Shown here: one piece after another, positions 57,841 through 64,000 of the stretch
Layout of the letters: each line of letters opens with the position of its first letter
Numbering within the stretch: position 1 is the first letter of the stretch
IMG/VR virus record: IMGVR_UViG_3300043774_001004
Coordinates: 25,842 to 89,841 of that record
Reading direction: 5' to 3' (one strand)
From: a virus
DNA: 64,000 nt
Translations under genes and position numbers: made by a program
Notes under the pieces: model-generated
The model's input: the letters and a program-made list of their open reading frames with translations, nothing else
Database searches by the model: none
What the model was told of the DNA's origin: nothing

Positions 57841-58014
57841 ATGACAAAGTTAACACAAGAACAAGCACTAGGTATTGCGAGACACGCTCTTTCAGCTATC
57901 GGAGCAATTCTATTATTTAAAGGTAAAGTAGATGTTTCAACCTGGGATATAATCACAGGTAGCTTAATAAGCGTAACTGCCATTATCTGGTCAGTAACTT
58001 CTAAAAATAAGTAA
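57841..58014 (+). CDS. 57-aa two-TM holin-like protein (not in the ORF track)
   Basis: MTKLTQEQALGIARHALSAIGAILLFKGKVDVSTWDIITGSLISVTAIIWSVTSKNK. Confidence 0.65.
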   Translation: MTKLTQEQALGIARHALSAIGAILLFKGKVDVSTWDIITGSLISVTAIIWSVTSKNK

Positions 58015-58022
58015 AACCTAAA

Positions 58023-58148
58023 ATGGGTAGAGCTAAGAAAGAGACGAAACCTAAAGGAAACAGGGCTAATAAACTTAAGAACATGAAAAGGATTCAGGCT
58101 AATGAAGCCATTCTTAAGCAATTAACACAGGAAATGAACAAGCAATAA
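58023..58148 (+). CDS. 41-aa basic protein (not in the ORF track)
   Basis: MGRAKKETKPKGNRANKLKNMKRIQANEAILKQL... Confidence 0.45.
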   Translation: MGRAKKETKPKGNRANKLKNMKRIQANEAILKQLTQEMNKQ

Positions 58149-58157
58149 CATGAAATA

Positions 58158-58427
58158 ATGTTTCCATTTCAAGAAGAAAAAGTTGCTGAAAAAACTTTTA
58201 TCAGAATTTTCCCAGAAGATACCCCTGAGCTGTCACTAAAGTGGCATTGGGATGAGGAAGATAGAATTATAGAGCCAGTTGGACCAACCAACTGGCTTTT
58301 TCAGTTTGATAACCAGTTGCCGACAGGGATAAATAACCAGATCTTTATCCCCAAGGGAGTCATCCATAGAATTATTAAAGGAAATGGTGAACTTAAAATA
58401 AAGGTTATAAAAATCAACACTGTGTAA
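58158..58427 (+). CDS. Small cupin-like protein
   Basis: WHWDEEDR, FIPKGVIHRIIKG. Confidence 0.6.
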   Translation: MFPFQEEKVAEKTFIRIFPEDTPELSLKWHWDEEDRIIEPVGPTNWLFQFDNQLPTGINNQIFIPKGVIHRIIKGNGELKIKVIKINTV

Positions 58428-58428
58428 A

Positions 58429-59688
58429 TTGAAATTAAAACTAAACCTAATAGCTTTTATGATGGTTGTTTTCTTTGCTCTGAAAACTTCCGTGTTATTA
58501 GATATCTTACCCTCTTCCCCGATCACAAGAGGCTCTGAATACATTCTATTTTTATTAACATCTTATTTCCTGTTTTCTTTCATAAATCATTATTTACGTA
58601 ATGAAAAAGAAAACAGAAAGCTGACTGAAAAGATTATACAAAAGGAAAGAGCATTATCAAATAGAATGGATGCAATCAATCGATCAAGTCCTGTAATTGA
58701 ATTTGATAAAGACGGGATAATCTGTTTTGCAAATAATTCATTTTTATATGCAATGGGATATAAACTAGAAGAGATTATAGGAAAGCATCATAGTATTTTT
58801 GTTTTTGACGATGAAAAAAATTCAAAGAAATATGTAAAGTTCTGGGATAAACTAAGATCAGGTGTTTATTTCAGTGGAGATATTGTTAGAAAGAAAAAGG
58901 ATGGCAGTGAGATCTATTTAAGTGCTACATACAATCCAATTATAAACGAAAAGGGAGAAACCTATCGAGTATTAAAAATCGCAAGAGATATAACTGAAAT
59001 TATTGAAAAGTCAAGGGAAATTGAAAAACAAAACACTTATCTCGAGCACGCTGCTAAAATCTTAAGACATGATATGCATAGTGGTATTAACACCTATATC
59101 CCAAGGGGTATTAGTTCACTTGAAAGAAGATTAAAGCCAGAGGTCGTTAAAGAACTTAAGCTTGAAGCACCTCTTAAAATGCTTAAAGAGGGTTTAAAGC
59201 ATACCCAAAAAGTCTACAGAGGGGTATATGAATTTACAAATCTTGTAAAGAAAGACGTTGTCTTAAATAAAGAACTAATGGATCCTAAAAAAGTTCTTAA
59301 AGATTATTTAGAATCTACTTCCTATTCCGGTCAAGTAATTATTGAAGATCTTCCTGAAATTGAAATTAATGAATCTCTTTTCTGTACTGCCATTGATAAT
59401 CTGATCAGAAATGGCCTAAAGTACAATGATAGTGATACTAAATGGGTCAAGCTTTATATGTTAGATGAAAATACTCTGGCTATACAGGACAATGGTAGAG
59501 GTTTAAGCCAAGAAGACTTTGACCATCTTTCAAAACCATACACAAGAAAAGAGGGTCAGAAAGAATCTGGCTCTGGTTTAGGTCTAAATATATGTACAGC
59601 AATTTTACATGAACATGGTTTCGATATTACATGTAAAAAGGCAGGTAAGTGTGGGACAATAATGATGATAAATATAAAAATAAACTGA
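58429..59688 (+). CDS. Membrane PAS-domain sensor histidine kinase
   Basis: 2 TM; PAS (ANNSFL..GKHHS..FWDKL..TYNPI); H-box LRHD; NLIRNGLKY, DNGRG, GSGLGL. Confidence 0.9.
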   Translation: MKLKLNLIAFMMVVFFALKTSVLLDILPSSPITRGSEYILFLLTSYFLFSFINHYLRNEKENRKLTEKIIQKERALSNRMDAINRSSPVIEFDKDGIICFANNSFLYAMGYKLEEIIGKHHSIFVFDDEKNSKKYVKFWDKLRSGVYFSGDIVRKKKDGSEIYLSATYNPIINEKGETYRVLKIARDITEIIEKSREIEKQNTYLEHAAKILRHDMHSGINTYIPRGISSLERRLKPEVVKELKLEAPLKMLKEGLKHTQKVYRGVYEFTNLVKKDVVLNKELMDPKKVLKDYLESTSYSGQVIIEDLPEIEINESLFCTAIDNLIRNGLKYNDSDTKWVKLYMLDENTLAIQDNGRGLSQEDFDHLSKPYTRKEGQKESGSGLGLNICTAILHEHGFDITCKKAGKCGTIMMINIKIN

Positions 59689-59692
59689 AAAA

Positions 59693-60130
59693 ATGATAGA
59701 ATCTATACTATTGGTAGATGATGAGGATCTATTCCACTTAGTATTTGAAGATGCATGTAGTCTACTCGACATTACGTTATCTTTAAGTGCTGTAAACAGT
59801 TCTGATGAAGCAGAAAAGATGTTCAAAAAATGGTTTGAAACTGGTGACACGGATGAAAGACCGAAGTGTGTATTTGTGGACTTAAACATTATAGGTTCTA
59901 GTTTTGATGGTATCGAATTGATAAGAAAAATCAATTTTGAATATGGGAATCACGTAGTGATTGGTATAATTTCATCAAGTAACGAGGCAACAGAACAGGC
60001 AAAAGCAATTCAGGCAGGTGCCCAGTTTTGGATTGTTAAGTCAGACGACATTGAACCTCGCCTAGAGGATTTTAAAAAGGACTATTTAGAGTACGAAAAA
60101 AGAAAAGCTCCCTTTAAAGTCTATAGATAA
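59693..60130 (+). CDS. Single-domain response regulator (receiver only)
   Basis: LLVDDE, VFVDLN, DGIELI, ISSS, IVKS. Confidence 0.88.
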   Translation: MIESILLVDDEDLFHLVFEDACSLLDITLSLSAVNSSDEAEKMFKKWFETGDTDERPKCVFVDLNIIGSSFDGIELIRKINFEYGNHVVIGIISSSNEATEQAKAIQAGAQFWIVKSDDIEPRLEDFKKDYLEYEKRKAPFKVYR

Positions 60131-60133
60131 TCT

Positions 60134-60793
60134 ATGGTAAAGATAGACGACACTACTAAAAAAGCACTGATCCAGTTAGCTGAAGACAGAAGCATATTTC
60201 TTGAAGGTAATATACTTAAGGTTTTAGACGTTTCTGATGATCCTGATTTTGAACATTATATTAAAAATGCATCAGAAAGGGACAAAGAAATTAGACGTAA
60301 ACGTTTAGATATTACAAAGCAGATTCAGAATCAGAACAGAGAGTTAATGGAGACTCAAACTGCAAATGATAGTCTGATGCAAGAGATTAAAGATGCCCTT
60401 AGCCAGGCTGAAGAGTCTAAGGCACAAATGGAGCAACAGAACAGTGAATTGATAGCATCTAAAGAGGAAAACATTCGAATGAATGAAGAACTTAAAGAGG
60501 CCCTAGATGCTGCAGAAGACGCAAAGTTACATGCAGAAACGGATCTGGATCTTTTACAAAAGAAAACACAATTCCAGTTAATTAACCTGATAGTAAAAGT
60601 TGCCCTGATAGTTATAGCAGGTGTCGGTATAACAACCACCGCTCTATACCTGGCCGCAATGTTTACGAATAAAGATACTCAGATCATTGGTTCAACCTGG
60701 AGTAACATGTTTGGTATATTACTTACAAACGCCTTTAGTATCATTGGTACTATTATGGGTGTAAAATATGCATCAGAAAAATCATCTGAATAA
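60134..60793 (+). CDS. Coiled-coil protein with two C-terminal TM helices
   Basis: Long heptad region then two hydrophobic segments. Confidence 0.65.
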   Translation: MVKIDDTTKKALIQLAEDRSIFLEGNILKVLDVSDDPDFEHYIKNASERDKEIRRKRLDITKQIQNQNRELMETQTANDSLMQEIKDALSQAEESKAQMEQQNSELIASKEENIRMNEELKEALDAAEDAKLHAETDLDLLQKKTQFQLINLIVKVALIVIAGVGITTTALYLAAMFTNKDTQIIGSTWSNMFGILLTNAFSIIGTIMGVKYASEKSSE

Positions 60794-60794
60794 T

Positions 60795-61265
60795 ATGAAC
60801 TTATCAGAACATTTAACACTGAATGAGGTTATTAAATCATCAACTGCCATCAGACTAGGCATCGATAATAAACCAACCGAAGAGCACTTAAATAACTTGA
60901 AGCTTTTGGCTGAAAAGGTTTTTGAGCCAATTCGTAATCATTTTGGCAAGCCAATCTATATCTCATCTGGATATAGAAGTGCTGCCTTGAATAATGCAGT
61001 GCCTGGTTCATCAGCCACTTCACAACACTGTTCAGGTGAGGCCTTAGATCTAGATCAAGATGACAGAAACACTGGCATTACAAACAAAATGGTATTTGAC
61101 TATATCAAAAACAATTTAGACTTTGACCAACTTATTTGGGAATATGGCACAGATTCTAATCCTGACTGGGTTCATGTATCTTATGAATCTTCACGTGCTC
61201 AAAGAAAACAAATCTTGAGATGTAAAAGAGTTAATGGTAAGCCTAAATATGAACCTTACAGATAA
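60795..61265 (+). CDS. Peptidase M15A family cell-wall hydrolase
   Basis: ISSGYRS, SQHCSGEALD, DQLIWE, WVHVS. Confidence 0.88.
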   Translation: MNLSEHLTLNEVIKSSTAIRLGIDNKPTEEHLNNLKLLAEKVFEPIRNHFGKPIYISSGYRSAALNNAVPGSSATSQHCSGEALDLDQDDRNTGITNKMVFDYIKNNLDFDQLIWEYGTDSNPDWVHVSYESSRAQRKQILRCKRVNGKPKYEPYR

Positions 61266-61294
61266 CAATAAATAGACTATAACAAATCTATATT

Positions 61295-61657
61295 ATGGGA
61301 CAAATTAAGAAATTTAACGAATATTTTGAAAGTGGTAAAACCGATCAAAAAGTAGAAGAGGCTAAAAATCAACAAATGATTGACATGACCTATATTATTG
61401 GTCTAGATGTAAATGACACAATGAATAATTTATATTCTAAACTTTCTAAGCAATATACAAAGTCATTTAAAGGTAAAAAGGTAGAATTTATCACAACTCA
61501 AATGGGTGGAGGCCCAAAGTCACAGGGAAAAGGAATTGTAAAAGAGGTAGTTATTGAAGTAGGGCAATCGTCTTCTTCACGTCAGCCTTACACTATTGAA
61601 TTTATTACTGAAGACGGCAAATCTTTCTACGACGTAACACACATTGTTGAATTATAA
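61295..61657 (+). CDS. Hypothetical protein with CTS-like leader
   Basis: MGQIKKFNEYFE. Confidence 0.55.
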   Translation: MGQIKKFNEYFESGKTDQKVEEAKNQQMIDMTYIIGLDVNDTMNNLYSKLSKQYTKSFKGKKVEFITTQMGGGPKSQGKGIVKEVVIEVGQSSSSRQPYTIEFITEDGKSFYDVTHIVEL

Positions 61658-61705
61658 TGGACGAGATATTCGACGAATATAATTGGCATCCAGACACGAC
61701 ATTAT

Positions 61706-61731
61706 AAAGGCGAGCATTGCTCGCCTTTTTT
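61706..61731. terminator. Bidirectional intrinsic terminator at the strand switch
   Basis: AAAGGCGAGC-ATT-GCTCGCCTTTTTT between convergent genes. Confidence 0.88.
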
Positions 61732-61732
61732 C

Positions 61733-61864
61733 TTATCTACCTTGACCTCTATAGGCTTTAGGTTTACCTTCTTTAGGACCGAACTTTTTTCTAGCTCTTC
61801 CTTTTTTCTTGCAGCCAAACGTGATCTTCGCGTTTACGGCTTTACTTGATTTGTCTTTTGCCAC
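61733..61864 (-). CDS. 43-aa very basic protein ending YRGQGR (not in the ORF track)
   Basis: GTG start; MAKDKSSKAVNAKITFGCKKKGRARKKFGPKEGKPKAYRGQGR. Confidence 0.65.
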   Translation of the reverse strand: MAKDKSSKAVNAKITFGCKKKGRARKKFGPKEGKPKAYRGQGR

Positions 61865-61873
61865 TACATGTTA

Positions 61874-62677
61874 TTATTTTTTGCCTTTGTAATCATCCCA
61901 GAGATCTTGATCGGCCTTTCTAGCTCCTCCTTCACCCGTGATAAATGAATTTACTCTACCCATAGCCCATGCTGCTTGAGGTGTACCAGGTTTATGACCA
62001 GTTCTCCATGCCGCCATGCCACGGTCATGAACCTGTTTTAGTATTTTGTATGGTATGCCAGTCTCATCGGTTTTGTTTTTAAGAGCTGTCTCGATTTTCG
62101 AGTCTTCATTAACAACTGATTCGTCTTTTTTGTCACCATACTTTTTCTTGTACGCTTTTGTAGCAGGACTTTCTTTAGTATCTTGTGGTTCACCTTTGGT
62201 ATCACCACCTTTATAATCTGCCGGCCAATCTTTGTATGCAGAAGGGTCGTCTGAATCTTTTTTAGAGTGCTTGTCAATTTCTTTTTTCATTAACTCACGC
62301 TCTTTCTTAGTATCTGCAGTTAAGTATTCACCTTTAACCTTTTTACCCTTAGCCGTTTCTGCCTCTTTACCTTCGCCTTTGTCTTCGGTTTCCTTTTTCT
62401 CCCAGGCCATATTTGTATGTTCATATTCATGGCTTTCGTCTTTAGGACCACCATATTCTGGGCTTTTTACTTTCTTACCCTCATCATCTCCAGCTTCTCT
62501 GGCGATCATACCCTGTGCAATCAAGCTTGACTTTACGCCGAACGGTATCTCTTTACCCTGTTCATACTCTTTCTTATAATTTAGAAGCGTTTCTCTACTA
62601 TAGGGAGACTTCTTTTCATTTAGCTTAGCATGTTTTAAGGCTTCAGCATATTGTTCAAGCGTAAGGATTGGCTTCAT
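61874..62677 (-). CDS. Charged protein with DUF5824-like C-terminal domain
   Basis: GIPYKILKQVHDRGMAAW..AWAMGRVNSF; LNE and VNE linkers. Confidence 0.6.
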   Translation of the reverse strand: MKPILTLEQYAEALKHAKLNEKKSPYSRETLLNYKKEYEQGKEIPFGVKSSLIAQGMIAREAGDDEGKKVKSPEYGGPKDESHEYEHTNMAWEKKETEDKGEGKEAETAKGKKVKGEYLTADTKKERELMKKEIDKHSKKDSDDPSAYKDWPADYKGGDTKGEPQDTKESPATKAYKKKYGDKKDESVVNEDSKIETALKNKTDETGIPYKILKQVHDRGMAAWRTGHKPGTPQAAWAMGRVNSFITGEGGARKADQDLWDDYKGKK

Positions 62678-62682
62678 AGTTT

Positions 62683-63018
62683 TTATTTAATTCCAAGTTC
62701 TTTATGTAGTACTTCCATGAATGGTTCGTAATTATGAGAACCATATTCATCTCTCAGTACCTTGGCTACTGCAGATGCAAAATCGGCATAAGACATCGAG
62801 TCATCTATTTTGACCATTGCCTTATTGATTTCAGTAGATAATTTATCTGACTGTGCTGATTCATTTACATTACCGCATTTATGACAGGTAAAAGGATCAT
62901 CACCAGCATCATCTTTAGCCCATGACCATTTACATTTATCACAAACTATGGTATCACCAACCACACTTTCTTTTTTCAAAGAAGCGTTGTAGTTTTCGGA
63001 TGTTAGGATATATTTCAT
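62683..63018 (-). CDS. Zn-ribbon hypothetical protein
   Basis: CDKC..CHKC then VNE. Confidence 0.55.
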   Translation of the reverse strand: MKYILTSENYNASLKKESVVGDTIVCDKCKWSWAKDDAGDDPFTCHKCGNVNESAQSDKLSTEINKAMVKIDDSMSYADFASAVAKVLRDEYGSHNYEPFMEVLHKELGIK

Positions 63019-63854
63019 TTAGTTAAAAGTGCGTAGTATTCTTTAAAGTGTTTGATTCTATCTTCTAGACCGATAGTACCACCATTCACTCTCTTTGTAA
63101 CCTGTGTTACAATATCTTCAGAAAAACCTTTATCGCAGATTGACCAAAGACCGTTTTTATTAAAGAAAAATGCAGCAGAAGCCAAAGGATATTTAGTTGC
63201 TACCAGGTCTGGATTTTCTACAACGTTTTCTTCAACTGTGGCGTCAAATGATTGATAGTTTGACTTACCTGTCAATTGGATATAACCACGGCCTCTAAAT
63301 TTCCAGCCATCACCTGATCCTTCGTTTCCGTTACCCATTCTATCAGCATATACTCTGTTAGCAATCTTTTCAGGTCTTTTAGCATATGAAGGGGCTGATG
63401 CTTCCGTGAAATACTTACGGAAAACTTTTACAAGACCAGTTTCTGAATAGTTAAGATTTTCACTTACGGCTTTAAAGCCACCTGATTCATGACCACATTG
63501 GGCTAAAAAGTGAGCTAATCTTAAGTTAGTTGAAATGTTAAACTTAGCAGCAGTGTCTGGGATTTGAGCTAAAACTGAATCTGGAATATGACCTCTCAGT
63601 TTCTCTAATTTAAGTGCACCGGCTTGAAGTGGTGCACTAGATACTGGTGCACTAGTTACTGGTGTACTAGATTCTGTAAACATTTTAGACCATGTTCCAT
63701 CACCTACTATACCATCTGCTGTTAAACCATTTAAAGTTTGCCAAGCTTTTACTGCTTCGGCTGTTTTAGGACCAAAGCTGCCATCTGCAGTTAGACCTAA
63801 TTTAGACTGGAGTTTCTTAACTTCTTCTCCTGTTGAACCTATTTTTAATATCAT
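63015..63854 (-). CDS. Endolysin: peptidoglycan-binding domain plus GH19 domain
   Basis: GSTGEEVKKLQ..DGIVG; FLAQCGHESGGF, RGRGYIQLTG, TKRVNGG. Confidence 0.9.
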   Translation of the reverse strand: MILKIGSTGEEVKKLQSKLGLTADGSFGPKTAEAVKAWQTLNGLTADGIVGDGTWSKMFTESSTPVTSAPVSSAPLQAGALKLEKLRGHIPDSVLAQIPDTAAKFNISTNLRLAHFLAQCGHESGGFKAVSENLNYSETGLVKVFRKYFTEASAPSYAKRPEKIANRVYADRMGNGNEGSGDGWKFRGRGYIQLTGKSNYQSFDATVEENVVENPDLVATKYPLASAAFFFNKNGLWSICDKGFSEDIVTQVTKRVNGGTIGLEDRIKHFKEYYALLTK

Positions 63855-63890
63855 AATAATGAGTTTTAAGTATTTTGGATTATATATTCC

Positions 63891-64000
63891 CTACTCCGCC
63901 CATTTTATGATTTTCTTCCTTATTCTAGGTTTACGACCCTTTTTGATATCACGATTGATTTGGCGCTCTATATGCATTCTGACATTGGCCTTAGCGCCTT
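63891..64000 (-). CDS. 3' end of an ORF entering from outside the window
   Basis: Open frame ...GAKANVRMHIERQINRDIKKGRKPRIRKKIIKWAE*. Confidence 0.35.
   Translation of the reverse strand, partial: GAKANVRMHIERQINRDIKKGRKPRIRKKIIKWAE

Noticed and set aside
1-64000. Stop-codon reassignment as in some large phages
   Set aside because: Known enzymes are full length in code 11, and TAG, TGA and TAA all end genes at sensible boundaries.

Overview
AT-rich, gene-dense segment, almost all on the + strand, of a large (jumbo/T4-like) bacteriophage genome read in standard code 11. A Bacteroidota host is inferred from the Gly-resume tmRNA and the lack of Shine-Dalgarno motifs. In order: a tmRNA and guanylate kinase; a tightly overlapping operon (2309-8089) of NMP kinase, sulfotransferase, amidinotransferase-fold enzyme, two thymidylate-synthase-fold paralogs with dCMP-type Asp, an APH-like kinase and a degenerate phosphoesterase, which is the best candidate for an undescribed cytosine hypermodification pathway; an ECF-like sigma factor; a 1441-aa Gly-Ser/Thr collagen-like fibre followed by a ~24 kb glycosylation island (GTs, Aah/TibC-like heptosyltransferase, sulfo- and methyltransferases, gmd, kdsD/kdsA/kdsB, cysC); uvsE, argG/argH, infC and ferritin; about 19 proteins with a T4 internal-protein-like capsid-targeting leader; and a PAS histidine kinase/receiver pair between a holin-like gene and an M15 peptidase. 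Three recurring promoter-like motifs are visible by eye. All calls come from manual motif recognition; no searches were run.
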